Shown: positions 31,473-41,261, counted from the stretch's first letter. The stretch is 64,000 bases of DNA from Nitrospirota bacterium (GCA_029858565.1 JAOUEV010000003.1:1-64000); one strand, 5' to 3'. Notes: generated by a model from the letters alone, not told the origin. Numbers and translations: made by a program.

Positions 31473-31502
31473 AGCCGGCTGAATTTCTTCAGCCGGCTTT
31501 TT
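31473..31502. terminator. Intrinsic terminator between convergent genes
   Basis: agccggctgaa-tttc-ttcagccggct followed by Ts. Confidence 0.85.
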
Positions 31503-31540
31503 ATCTTCGCAAAACCGGGTCGAAACCCGGGCATCAAGTC

Positions 31541-32071
31541 TTACCGCGCTGCCACCCGTACGGCCTGCGGTCCTTCCTTGCCCTGCTCCTCAAGGAATGC
31601 TACCTCCGCTCCCTCTTCCAGGCGGTCAAAGGTCGGCTCGATCACGCTGTTCCGGTGAAAGTAGATCTCCCTGCCGTCATGCGTTGCGATGAACCCGTAG
31701 CCGTCAAAGGGAAATATTTTGGCGACCTTTCCGCGCGGGGCCTCCACATGGGTCTTCACATCGCCCCGCCGCTTGCGGGAGTGCTCTTCCAACTGGCGCT
31801 TTGCCGCGTTAAAAGCGTCCCGCACAGCTACATACAGGTCTTCGTTCTCCACTTTATTGACCACCAGTTCCTTGCCCGGGGTCGTGATATCTATATGCAC
31901 CGAGAACAGCTTGCCCTGATGCTGGCGGCGCTGGGATTCTTCGACCGTAACCTTGCAGCCCATGATCCTGTCGGAGAACTGCTCTAGTTTTTGCAGTTTT
32001 TCCAGTATCTTAGCTTCAACGGCTGCTGAGTGGGGCACATTCTTCATCGTGATCTGAGGTGCGATCTTCAT
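31541..32071 (-). CDS. HPF/RaiA-family ribosome-associated protein with C-terminal cold-shock domain
   Basis: EDLYVAVRDAFNAAKRQL; GYGFIAT..GREIYFHRNS. Confidence 0.9.
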   Translation of the reverse strand: MKIAPQITMKNVPHSAAVEAKILEKLQKLEQFSDRIMGCKVTVEESQRRQHQGKLFSVHIDITTPGKELVVNKVENEDLYVAVRDAFNAAKRQLEEHSRKRRGDVKTHVEAPRGKVAKIFPFDGYGFIATHDGREIYFHRNSVIEPTFDRLEEGAEVAFLEEQGKEGPQAVRVAAR

Positions 32072-32112
32072 GGTGATGCCTCCCTGCACTAAAGATGTTT
32101 GGCTTTGATTCA

Positions 32113-32141
32113 AAAGTAGCAGAAAAATGCGGTACTGTCAA
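32113..32141 (-). promoter_or_regulatory. Sigma70 promoter with extended -10
   Basis: Minus strand TTGACA-17-TACTTT preceded by TGn. Confidence 0.7.
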
Positions 32142-32272
32142 TTTGACCAAATGGGCGTTTGACAGACGGCGATGCATGGTCAAACAATTTAACGCAGATT
32201 TTCGTTGAGTTGTTCATGCTCGCTTCTGATGAAAATTGCTGCAGCGTTCAAATCCTCGAACAGGTTTGGATA

Positions 32273-32321
32273 GACGCTCCCTGCAGCAAGCTGCGGAGAA
32301 TGCGCTCGCTGCTGGATTCAA
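32273..32321 (+). mobile_element. Short palindromic element, possible IS200/IS605-type end remnant
   Basis: Hairpin ctgcagc-aa-gctgcgg, ending in TTCAA that overlaps the cytochrome stop codon. Confidence 0.35.
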
Positions 32322-32728
32322 TAGGGGTGACAAACCAGACAGAGATCGGTTTCCTGCCTCCTGAGAAGAGCGTCGTACTTGTTGCTGTGAGGATCGTGGC
32401 AGGTGAGGCAGGTCATCTTGCCGTCCAGGAGCGGAAGACCTTTGACCTGCATGGTCGGTACGATGTCCACCTTGTGTTCCTGCGGCGCGATGCGGTCCGG
32501 ATGGCAGTCGAGGCAGAGCGCCGAGCCTTGCTTCTTGACGCTGTCGGTCCTGCGGGCCCCTTCCATGATGTGACAGGTGGAGCAGTCTTTCTTGATCTCG
32601 GGAAGCGGCAGCGGGAGCCTTGTCCTGGTCCGGACGGCAGCCTGGGCGCAGCCGAAGAGGGTGAACGTGAAGCAGATCATCATGACGATGAGAAAGATGC
32701 GGTTTGCTGACGGTCCTGTAAGAACCAT
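32318..32728 (-). CDS. Small tetraheme c-type cytochrome, probable lipoprotein
   Basis: CSTCH, CLDCH, CLTCH, CLVCH; hydrophobic signal ending LFGC; RBS ggag. Confidence 0.9.
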   Translation of the reverse strand: MVLTGPSANRIFLIVMMICFTFTLFGCAQAAVRTRTRLPLPLPEIKKDCSTCHIMEGARRTDSVKKQGSALCLDCHPDRIAPQEHKVDIVPTMQVKGLPLLDGKMTCLTCHDPHSNKYDALLRRQETDLCLVCHPY

Positions 32729-32763
32729 GATTGCTCCTTTGCGGTCATCTGCCGCTTTCATTG

Positions 32764-32792
32764 AGGCTAACACTCTCCTTGTGCTTTGTCAA
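32764..32792 (-). promoter_or_regulatory. Sigma70 promoter of the cytochrome gene
   Basis: Minus strand TTGACA-17-TAGCCT with TGn. Confidence 0.6.
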
Positions 32793-32897
32793 GGCGCGCT
32801 AAAGCCGGGTGTCAAGCCGGTGCGCTAAAGCCGGTTGTCAAAGCGGTGAGCTGGTTGCGCGAAACAGCGTAAGTACGCGGCAGGATGGGCCTTTTTC

Positions 32898-32926
32898 TTG
32901 CACAATAAATCGGGTTATGTTACTAT
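32898..32926 (+). promoter_or_regulatory. Sigma70 promoter of the amidase operon
   Basis: TTGCAC-17-TACTAT with TGn. Confidence 0.6.
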
Positions 32927-32936
32927 GCCTGCCGAT

Positions 32937-33947
32937 ATGCGGACTTTGTCAGTGATCTTCTGTGTGCTCATGCTGTGCTGCTTTTCCGCGGCTTTTGCCG
33001 CGGAAAAGGGGGTCACGGTCAAGGGAATCCGGTTCTTTTCCTATCCCGATTTCACCCGTGTGGTGTTCGAGATCGATGCCGCGGCGCCGTATGTGCTGAC
33101 GCGCTCCGGCGACGGACGCACGCTGTCCTTCAGTTCCTACGGCGGTCCTTTTGCGGTCTCCGCGGCCCAGCTTCCGGTCATCAACGACGGCGTGGTGAAG
33201 CAGCTCGAGAACCGGCAGGACGGCGACCGGAGGACGATCGCCATAGTGCTGGCCCAGGGCGCGGGCGAGGCAAAGGACTTCGTGCTGCGCGGACCCGACC
33301 GCATTGTCGTTGATATCCTGCGGGGCACGCCTGCTGTGACTGCCGTGGGCGCGGTTCCCGTGGTCGTGATCGACGCCGGACACGGCGGCCAGCAGAACGG
33401 CCTGGTGACCGGACAGGGTGTGGAAAAATCCGCAACTCTGGAAATGGCCCTTGCCGTTCGCAGGATCCTGCGCGGCGCCGCGGTAAAAATGAAGGTTCTT
33501 CTGACGCGAGACTCCGACCTGGCCCTGTCGCTGGATGAACGGGCCGCGGCTGCGAACGCCGGCGAGGCAACGGTGTTCGTGAGCCTGCATATGGGGCAGG
33601 GGACGGAAGCCCGTGTGCTCCTCCTTGATCCCGACGAGGGACAGGCGGTGACCTTGGGCGGAGGGCCCGCGGATTTCATGGGTTTTGACGCGGTGAGCGA
33701 ACAGCAACAGATGCTCTGGGGCTCCCAGCAGGCGCGCCACGCACCGGAGAGCGGCCGCCTTGGCCGGGCGATCATCCGTTCGCTCTCCCTGCGCGAGGAA
33801 GCCGAGCCGGACCAGGCGCCCCTGGCGCTGCTTCGTCCGGTGGATGCGGCGGCGGTGCTTGTGGAGACGGGCTTCGGCATGGACCGCGCAGCCGCTGCCA
33901 AACGTATTGCCCAGGGGATCGAACGGTATGTTCACGAAAAGCGATAG
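32937..33947 (+). CDS. N-acetylmuramoyl-L-alanine amidase (AMIN + Amidase_3)
   Basis: Signal peptide, TRVVFE and PDRIVVDI, IDAGHGG, EK, SLH, LVETGF. Confidence 0.85.
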   Translation: MRTLSVIFCVLMLCCFSAAFAAEKGVTVKGIRFFSYPDFTRVVFEIDAAAPYVLTRSGDGRTLSFSSYGGPFAVSAAQLPVINDGVVKQLENRQDGDRRTIAIVLAQGAGEAKDFVLRGPDRIVVDILRGTPAVTAVGAVPVVVIDAGHGGQQNGLVTGQGVEKSATLEMALAVRRILRGAAVKMKVLLTRDSDLALSLDERAAAANAGEATVFVSLHMGQGTEARVLLLDPDEGQAVTLGGGPADFMGFDAVSEQQQMLWGSQQARHAPESGRLGRAIIRSLSLREEAEPDQAPLALLRPVDAAAVLVETGFGMDRAAAAKRIAQGIERYVHEKR

Positions 33948-33951
33948 AAGC

Positions 33952-34524
33952 ATGGGCACGAGCGGACCGCTGCGGATACTCATGGTTCTTGCGGCGCTGG
34001 CCGTTGCGACAGCAGTGGGGTACTTTTTCTGGAATCACTACCGCCCTGTCGCTCCCGGAGCGCCGCTGTCTCCTGCTGCTGATGCGGTCCCGGCCGCGGC
34101 GGTCCCGGGTGAGCAGCTGCCCGTGACCCTGTTCATTCCGGAGAATGACACGCTCCATGCGGTGGCCACAACGATCACCAGGCAGCCCGATATGCGGCTG
34201 GAGGCTCGGGGGGCGGTCAACGCGCTGCTCGGTGCGGGGCCGGATGCACCGCCGGTGCTCCGGGACCTGTCACTGCGCGGATGGTATCTTGGCGCGGGCG
34301 GGACAGCGTATGTTGATCTTGCGCCCACGGGACAGCGGGAGATCCGCGCATCGGCACGGGAGGAACTGCTGGCCATCTATGCTGTGGTGAACACGCTCAC
34401 CCAGAATTTCACGGAAGTGCGGCAGGTCAGGATCCTTGTGGACGGCAGAGAAGCACAGACCCTGGCCGGGCATATTGATCTCTCCCGGTTCCTGAGCAAA
34501 AGGATGGACCTGGTGAGACCGTGA
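33952..34524 (+). CDS. GerMN-domain protein
   Basis: TM, AYVDL, AVVNTLT, VRILVDG...TLAGHIDL; lies between amidase and murI. Confidence 0.85.
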   Translation: MGTSGPLRILMVLAALAVATAVGYFFWNHYRPVAPGAPLSPAADAVPAAAVPGEQLPVTLFIPENDTLHAVATTITRQPDMRLEARGAVNALLGAGPDAPPVLRDLSLRGWYLGAGGTAYVDLAPTGQREIRASAREELLAIYAVVNTLTQNFTEVRQVRILVDGREAQTLAGHIDLSRFLSKRMDLVRP

Positions 34525-34528
34525 TCCA

Positions 34529-34556
34529 AGTGCGGAATGCGGAGTGCAAAGTGCGG
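34529..34556. repeat. Four tandem heptamers
   Basis: agtgcgg aatgcgg agtgcaa agtgcgg, immediately after the stop codon. Confidence 0.75.
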
Positions 34557-34638
34557 AGTAAGTGACGGGATACCGTGGAACATACGAATGGCGTTGAGGA
34601 AAACAGTCACGGTGCGGCGGTAGGGTGATTTATTGACC

Positions 34639-35442
34639 ATGCAAAAAGCGATCGGCATATTCGACTCGGGTATCGGCGGGCTCACGGTGCTGAAGGAGCT
34701 CATCGCGGCGCTGCCCCGGGAGCACACGATCTATCTCGGGGACACGGCGCGGGTGCCCTACGGCATCCGTTCCGCGGAGACGGTGACTCGGTACAGCTTT
34801 GAGAACACCCGGTTCCTCCTGGCGCAGGAGATCAAGATGCTCGTGGTTGCCTGTAATACGGCATCGGCGATCAGTCTTGACGCGGTCAAGCATGAGTTCC
34901 CCCTTCCCGTGATCGGCGTGCTCGAGCCGGGTGCTCGCGCCGCGGCCGCAGCCACGGGCAACAAGAAGGTCGGCATCATAGGCACCGAGGCCACGATCGC
35001 AAGCGGCGCCTATGAACGGGCGGTCAAGAAGATCGATCCCGCGATCGATGTCTTCAGCATGGCCTGTCCGCTCTTTGTTCCGCTGGTCGAGGAAGGATGG
35101 TTCGACAACGATGTGGCGGAGCTGGTGGCGAACCGGTACCTTGCGCCGCTCAAGGCGCGGGGGATCGATACCCTGGTGCTGGGGTGCACGCACTATCCGA
35201 TCCTGAAAGGGGTCATCAGCCGCGTGCTCGGCAGCGGCATCCGTCTTATCGACTCGGCCACCGAAACAGCGAAGGAAGTGTCCGAGGTCCTGGACAAGCT
35301 CAAATGGAAGAGGACCGATGGGGGAACGGCGGTGCGCAAGTTTTTCGTGACCGACACCCCGGCCCGGTTCGAAAAGATCGGAACGCTCTTTCTCGGAGAA
35401 GGAAGCCTGAAAGCCGAGCAGGTGCGTGTCGGAGGAGTGTAA
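34639..35442 (+). CDS. murI: Glutamate racemase
   Basis: FDSGIGGLTV, PYG, VACNTA, LGCTHYP. Confidence 0.97.
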   Translation: MQKAIGIFDSGIGGLTVLKELIAALPREHTIYLGDTARVPYGIRSAETVTRYSFENTRFLLAQEIKMLVVACNTASAISLDAVKHEFPLPVIGVLEPGARAAAAATGNKKVGIIGTEATIASGAYERAVKKIDPAIDVFSMACPLFVPLVEEGWFDNDVAELVANRYLAPLKARGIDTLVLGCTHYPILKGVISRVLGSGIRLIDSATETAKEVSEVLDKLKWKRTDGGTAVRKFFVTDTPARFEKIGTLFLGEGSLKAEQVRVGGV

Positions 35443-35486
35443 GGACCGTCCCGGGCATCGTCTGCGGGTCGAGAATAGTGGGGACC

Positions 35487-36389
35487 ATGAATACAGCGTG
35501 TGAATATACCCGGAGCCGTCTATCCCGGTACCAGACCGGGCACCTGTTCAAGCTGCAGCAGTCCCGGATCGAACAGCATCTTGCGGAGTGTCCGGTGTGT
35601 CGTTCCGAGTTCGATGCGCTCAACCGCATCCGGGAGACCGAGCGGTTCCTTGTCGATCTTGAAGGGACCGGCGGGGTCCCCGGCAAGGTGCGTTCTCTCG
35701 CGTCGGCCGGGTCCCGTCTCCTGTTCCGCCCCCTCTGGGCGGCGCTGATCGTCATTGCGGTGCTGGCAGCCTATCGCTACGTCGTGGACCCGATCCTCCA
35801 CGACCCCGATCTTGAGAAGCTCGACACCGGATCCGTGACCTTGGCGCCAGCCGTGCCGCAGGCTGCGGTGCAGACCGCTCCCACACCCACGACCTCTCCC
35901 GCGGTACAGCAGGCAAGGCCCGAGCAGATGAAGGAGCCTGCGCCGGCTGCAGATTCGCTTGTGGTCACTATTTCCGTGGAAAAAGAGCACGAGAAGGAAA
36001 GCCTCAAACAGATCAACGATGCCATGAAAGAACATGCGCTCCTCCGCACCATGCGGTTTAGCGACAAGGTGCGCGAGGTCGCGGGCAATCTCACCGCAGA
36101 TGAACTGCACACCTTCTTCAACCGCATTCAGGGGGCGGCGAAGGTCCTGTATAAGCGCTCCCGTCTTACGTCCCTGGCCCAGGGCGAACTGGTACCTGTT
36201 GTGATCAAATTGCAGACCCACGCGGCTCCCGCGCGCAGGGAAAGCGAACAGCAGCAGCCGAAACCTGGGGAAAAACCTGTACAGAACCCTGTGCAAAAGC
36301 CTGTTGATATCCCTGTGGAGAATCCTGTGGGGAAACCGTTGAAAACCATTGACGAACAGGCCGCTGCTCCAGCCCAACCTGCTCGCTGA
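35487..36389 (+). CDS. zf-HC2 (anti-sigma-like) membrane protein with repetitive C-terminus
   Basis: HLAECPVC, one TM, Pro/Ala linker, (K/N)PVx repeats. Confidence 0.75.
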   Translation: MNTACEYTRSRLSRYQTGHLFKLQQSRIEQHLAECPVCRSEFDALNRIRETERFLVDLEGTGGVPGKVRSLASAGSRLLFRPLWAALIVIAVLAAYRYVVDPILHDPDLEKLDTGSVTLAPAVPQAAVQTAPTPTTSPAVQQARPEQMKEPAPAADSLVVTISVEKEHEKESLKQINDAMKEHALLRTMRFSDKVREVAGNLTADELHTFFNRIQGAAKVLYKRSRLTSLAQGELVPVVIKLQTHAAPARRESEQQQPKPGEKPVQNPVQKPVDIPVENPVGKPLKTIDEQAAAPAQPAR

Positions 36390-36402
36390 AACCGGAAAGA
36401 GC

Positions 36403-37737
36403 ATGTCCTATCAGGAAACCATCGAATATCTCTTCGGTCTTCAGAAGCACGGCATCAAGTTCGGCCTATCCAACAGCTACAAGCTTATGGCGCTGATGGG
36501 CGACCCACAGCAGCGGTTCCGGTCCGTGCATATCGCAGGGACCAACGGCAAGGGATCCACCGCCGCGTTTCTCTCGTCCATGCTGCGTGCGGGAGGGTAC
36601 CGTGTGGGCTTGTATACCTCACCGCATCTCGTCAGTTTCACGGAGCGCATCCGGATCAACGGCGTCCCGATCTCCGAATCCCGTGTTGTCGAGCTCGCGT
36701 CCGAGATCAGGTCCCGTGCCGCCGGATTGCCTGCCGAGAAGGACGGCGGCGCGTTCTCTCCCACGTTCTTTGAGGTGACTACCGCATTGGCCTTTGCTTA
36801 TTTTGCCGAGCAGGCTGTGGACATTGCCGTGGTCGAGACCGGGATGGGCGGGAGGCTCGACTCCACCAATGTGATCATTCCGCTGGTGTCCGTGATAACC
36901 ACGATCGATCTGGAGCATACCGAGTTCCTGGGAACGACCCTTGGACAGATCGCCGCGGAAAAAGCAGGTATCATCAAGCAGGGCGTTCCTGTCGTGACCG
37001 GTGTTCTGCAGCCCGAGGCACTTGCCGTGCTTCAAGCGGAAGCAGGACGTCAGGGAGCGGTCTTGTACCGCATGCCGGCAGACATTGGGCCGGCCGATAT
37101 CATGCCCGGCGCTCCGCAGCAGTTCCGGTATCAGGGATTCTCATCGTCCTACAGCGATCTTCGCATCACCATGCGGGGAAAGCACCAGATAGGGAACGCC
37201 TCCCTTGCACTGGGTGCGCTTGAGTGTCTTCGGCACGGGGGATTTTCGGTGCCCGAACAGGCGATGCGGTCGGGGCTCGAGCGGGCGTCGTGGGAAGGCC
37301 GGCTGGAACAGGTTGCCGAGGGCCCGGCGGTCTTTCTGGACGGCGCCCATAATCCAGCTTCAGCGGCCGTCCTTGCCGAGGCGCTTCAGGACCTGCGCAG
37401 GGGATACGGCCGGTGCGTGCTCGTCATCGGGATACTGAAGGATAAGGACTGGCAGGGAATCCTCGACCGGCTCCTTCCGCAGGCCGACCAGGTGGTCGTG
37501 ACGAAGCCGCAATACGCGCGGGCGATGGATGTCGATGTGCTGGCCGCGGAGGTCCGTCGCAGGACGAAGAATGCGGTGACAGTCAGCGAGCTGCCTGATG
37601 CGATCACCCGTGCGAGGCACGAGGCCGGAACAGATGGACTGGTCGTGGTCACCGGCTCCCTTTACACGGTGGGTGACGCGCGCGCCGCGCTGTGCAATGA
37701 CCCGTCTCCGGGTCCCTTTAAGGAGCTGAAGGGTTGA
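36403..37737 (+). CDS. folC: Folylpolyglutamate/dihydrofolate synthase
   Basis: HIAGTNGKGS, YTSPHL, ETGMGGRLDSTN, DGAHN, GSLY. Confidence 0.97.
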   Translation: MSYQETIEYLFGLQKHGIKFGLSNSYKLMALMGDPQQRFRSVHIAGTNGKGSTAAFLSSMLRAGGYRVGLYTSPHLVSFTERIRINGVPISESRVVELASEIRSRAAGLPAEKDGGAFSPTFFEVTTALAFAYFAEQAVDIAVVETGMGGRLDSTNVIIPLVSVITTIDLEHTEFLGTTLGQIAAEKAGIIKQGVPVVTGVLQPEALAVLQAEAGRQGAVLYRMPADIGPADIMPGAPQQFRYQGFSSSYSDLRITMRGKHQIGNASLALGALECLRHGGFSVPEQAMRSGLERASWEGRLEQVAEGPAVFLDGAHNPASAAVLAEALQDLRRGYGRCVLVIGILKDKDWQGILDRLLPQADQVVVTKPQYARAMDVDVLAAEVRRRTKNAVTVSELPDAITRARHEAGTDGLVVVTGSLYTVGDARAALCNDPSPGPFKELKG

Positions 37738-37739
37738 TC

Positions 37740-39791
37740 ATGGACCGAGCGTCCCTCCTCCATACCTGGCTGATCAGAAAAGGGTCATTGCCTCTTCTGA
37801 TCGCTATCTGCGTGCAGGCATTTGCCGGCTTGTCCGGCGGAGCATCAGCCGAAGAGCTTCCGAAGAAGATCCCCGTGGCGGTCACGGCGGACAAGCTCGA
37901 TTACGATCGCGCCAGCGATGTCTATACCGCGGTAGGGCATGTTAAGATCGAGCAGCAGGACATCCGTCTGGAGGCCGACCGCGTCGTACTGAACAACAAG
38001 ACCGGCGAGGCGATCGCTGAAGGCAACGTTTATCTGCAGGACAAGGGCGACGTTCTGACCGCTGACCGGGTGGAGATCAACGTGAACACCCGGTCAGGGA
38101 TCATTTCCCGCGGCGACCTGTTCATGAGCAAGGACAACTATCACCTGAAGGGGGAGCGGATCGAACGGCGGTCGGAAACGGTATATCACGTCGAGAACGG
38201 CAGTTTTACGACCTGTGATGATGATGAATGGTATCTCAAGGCCCGGGAGATCGACGTGGACCTCGGCAGGAACGCAAGCGGCAGCGGCGTCTCGTTCAAC
38301 ATGGGGGGACTGCCGGTCCTGTACACGCCCTATCTGATGTTCCCGGTCCGGAGGCAGAGCGGTCTGCTCATCCCCGAGATCGGCTTCAGCAGCAAGGACG
38401 GATTTCTCATGAAGAACTCCGTGTTCTGGGCGATCTCCGATTACCAGGACATGACGTTCACCTCGGATTACCGGGCGCGGACCGGTCACGGCACCGGCAT
38501 CGAGTATCGCTATGTGAACTCGCGCGATTCCTCGGGAAGGGCCTATTACAATTATTTCGACACGTTCCATGACGATACGGCGCGCTGGGAACTCCAGTTC
38601 CAGCACCGCGAGGAGTTTGCCGAGGACCTCTCCCTGCGGTCCGATGTGAACCTGGTGAGCGACGAGTTCTATTATCGCGACCTGGAGCGGAAACTCTCCC
38701 TGCGGTCGCTGCCGTCGCTTGATTCCAATGTCTTTTATGTCGAACGCTGGAACACTGCATCTCTTTACCTGCTGGGCCAATACACGACCGATCTCACGCA
38801 GGGGAACGACAAGACGATCCAGAAGGTTCCCGAGCTTCGGTACACGCTCTACAGCGAACGACTGGCGCCGTTCCTGTACCTGGACTTTACCGGCGCCGCA
38901 GCGAACATGACCGCCCGGGAAGGGGAAACGGTCCGCCGCGCCGATTTCCAGCCTGAGTTGAAAACCGTGCTCAGCGCCGGCGGCCTGAGCCTTACCCCTC
39001 GTGTGGGCGGGCGGGCGACCTACTACGACCGGGGCGCCACGACGATCGAGCCGACGGACCGGAAATATTATTACGCCGCCGCCGACCTGAACGCGCGCTT
39101 GTCCCGGGTCTACGGCAATGACGAAGAAACCGGCATCGGGCGCATCCGTCACTCGGTCGAGCCCACGATCTCCTATCTCTATCTCCCGAAGATCGACAAA
39201 GGGGATGTCCCGCTCCTCGATTCGACCGAGGATGTGCTGGTGCAGAACGTGGTGACCCTGTCCATCATCAACCGCCTGACGGCGCGCTATCGCGATGGGG
39301 CCGGGGTCCGGACATTCGATCCCCTTGTGTTCCGGCTGGCCCAATCCTATGATGTCAATGAGGCGCGGGACCGCGCGATCGTCGATGCCCGGCCCCGCTC
39401 GGAGATACGGGCCGAGCTGTCGGTGAAGACGCCCAGGGTCCTTGCGGTCTCCGCAAACGGCAACTACAATACCTATACCGACCGTCTTTCCTCGTCATCG
39501 GAGACCGTTATGGTCAAGGGAGACGTGGTGCAGTTCGATATCACCCACCGGTATCTGCGCGAACCCCGAACAGCATTCCTGATCGGAGGGCTGGGATTCA
39601 AGATCGCCAAGTGGACCTTGAGCGGTCAGGTCTGGCGTGATGTGGAGAACCGTATGACCACTCAGCAGGAATATAAGACCCACTACGCATCGCAATGCTG
39701 GGGCTTGGGTTTATCCTATATTACCAAACCCGGGGAGACCCAGTATCTTCTGGTCCTGGACCTGAAGGGGCTGGGAGCAGTGAAATTCTGA
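37740..39791 (+). CDS. lptD: LPS assembly protein LptD
   Basis: OstA-like N-domain (VTADKLDY), FTTCD, RQSGLLIP, QCWG, terminal Phe. Confidence 0.9.
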   Translation: MDRASLLHTWLIRKGSLPLLIAICVQAFAGLSGGASAEELPKKIPVAVTADKLDYDRASDVYTAVGHVKIEQQDIRLEADRVVLNNKTGEAIAEGNVYLQDKGDVLTADRVEINVNTRSGIISRGDLFMSKDNYHLKGERIERRSETVYHVENGSFTTCDDDEWYLKAREIDVDLGRNASGSGVSFNMGGLPVLYTPYLMFPVRRQSGLLIPEIGFSSKDGFLMKNSVFWAISDYQDMTFTSDYRARTGHGTGIEYRYVNSRDSSGRAYYNYFDTFHDDTARWELQFQHREEFAEDLSLRSDVNLVSDEFYYRDLERKLSLRSLPSLDSNVFYVERWNTASLYLLGQYTTDLTQGNDKTIQKVPELRYTLYSERLAPFLYLDFTGAAANMTAREGETVRRADFQPELKTVLSAGGLSLTPRVGGRATYYDRGATTIEPTDRKYYYAAADLNARLSRVYGNDEETGIGRIRHSVEPTISYLYLPKIDKGDVPLLDSTEDVLVQNVVTLSIINRLTARYRDGAGVRTFDPLVFRLAQSYDVNEARDRAIVDARPRSEIRAELSVKTPRVLAVSANGNYNTYTDRLSSSSETVMVKGDVVQFDITHRYLREPRTAFLIGGLGFKIAKWTLSGQVWRDVENRMTTQQEYKTHYASQCWGLGLSYITKPGETQYLLVLDLKGLGAVKF

Positions 39792-39815
39792 CCTTGCCCG
39801 CAGCAGGAGGTTCCC

Positions 39816-40136
39816 ATGACTGATGCCGTTGTTGTGCTGATCACCGCGGGATCTGAAGAGGAGGGCGCGAAGATCGCCGATGCGCTCGTGGCCGAGCATT
39901 TGGCGGCTTGCGTAAATCTCATTCCAGGCATACAGTCGCGGTTCTTCTGGGAAGGGAGGGTCCAGCAAGCAGCGGAGTGCCTGCTCATCTGTAAAACCGC
40001 GGCATCTGCTGTTGACCGCCTTATTGCCAGGATCAGGGAACTTCACTCCTATTCCGTGCCCGAGGTCATCGCCATACCTGTTATAGCAGGCCTCCCGAGC
40101 TATCTGACCTGGGTGAGCGAGTCGACGATATCCTGA
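39816..40136 (+). CDS. cutA: Divalent-cation tolerance protein CutA
   Basis: LAACVN, FWEG, HSYSVPE, YLTW. Confidence 0.95.
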   Translation: MTDAVVVLITAGSEEEGAKIADALVAEHLAACVNLIPGIQSRFFWEGRVQQAAECLLICKTAASAVDRLIARIRELHSYSVPEVIAIPVIAGLPSYLTWVSESTIS

Positions 40137-40256
40137 CATTGCATGAACATGGTTCCGCGAAGCGGATCTCGGATGAATGGAGTATCTAGATATAGACGTG
40201 TATCAGCGGCCCCTACTACAGATTGTGGGTAAGCAGTTGCCGCAACAAAGAAAATG

Positions 40257-40286
40257 TTGACAACGGGATAGCCACTATGCTAATCT
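40257..40286 (+). promoter_or_regulatory. Sigma70 promoter
   Basis: TTGACA-18-TAATCT with TGn. Confidence 0.6.
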
Positions 40287-40325
40287 TTATGTGGAGATAG
40301 GTGCGTCTTGGCACCTGGAGGGATA

Positions 40326-41261
40326 ATGAAGGCTCGCAGCACCCGGCATATAAAGAAGAAAGAGTACTTTACGATCATGATCGTGCCGGGTCCGAACTCC
40401 CGTGTCCGCACGATCCGTATATCCAAGTCCGCTATAAAATCAACCCTTTATTCACTGCTCGGCATTTTTCTGCTTTCCTTTTATCTTGCATACGAATATC
40501 ACGATGTGAAGGGCAAGGTTGGCGAGCTGCAGTCCGTTCGTGAAGAGCTGATGGAGCAGAAGGCCCAGGTGCAGAACTTCGCCCTGAACCTTCTCGACTA
40601 TAAACGTCAGATGTTCCTGCTTCGTGATCTGGATACGAAACTGCGGCGTGTGGTCAGTCTGGGACCCCGTGACAAGGCCCAGCAGGTCCTGGGTATCGGA
40701 GGTCCTGACGAGTTGGGACTCCAGAACCTTGCCGCGTTGGGAGAGAAGAGGCAGGCTGACGCGCTCAAGGAGATGAGCCAGGAGCTGTCCCAGTTAAAGG
40801 GCGCGGCGTCGCGGCAGGAAGCAAGCCTGCAGATGCTGATAGAATATTTCGAGGATAAGCGTTCGCTGTATGCCTCCACGCCGTCGGTCTGGCCGGTCCG
40901 GGGCTGGGTGACCTCCCGCTACGGCACACGTACGTCGCCATTCAGCGGTATCCTGAAGTTCCATGAGGGTATCGATATCGCCGCCCAGACAGGCACCCCG
41001 GTAGCTGCATCGGCCGACGGGGTGGTGATCAAGGCGGGATTCAGCACGGGATACGGCAACATGGTCGAGATCAGTCACGGTTACGGGATAAAAACCCTGT
41101 ATGCTCATAATTCCCGGCTTAATGTAAAAGCGGGGCAGCGGGTCCATCGCGGCGATGTGATCGCTTACGCCGGAGATTCCGGTTCCAGCACCGGTCCCCA
41201 TCTGCATTACGAGGTCAAGATCAACGGTCTGCCAGTCAATCCTGCGAAGTACTTGAACTGA
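40326..41261 (+). CDS. M23 peptidase with N-terminal TM and coiled coil
   Basis: HEGID, YAH, STGPHLHYEV. Confidence 0.93.
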   Translation: MKARSTRHIKKKEYFTIMIVPGPNSRVRTIRISKSAIKSTLYSLLGIFLLSFYLAYEYHDVKGKVGELQSVREELMEQKAQVQNFALNLLDYKRQMFLLRDLDTKLRRVVSLGPRDKAQQVLGIGGPDELGLQNLAALGEKRQADALKEMSQELSQLKGAASRQEASLQMLIEYFEDKRSLYASTPSVWPVRGWVTSRYGTRTSPFSGILKFHEGIDIAAQTGTPVAASADGVVIKAGFSTGYGNMVEISHGYGIKTLYAHNSRLNVKAGQRVHRGDVIAYAGDSGSSTGPHLHYEVKINGLPVNPAKYLN

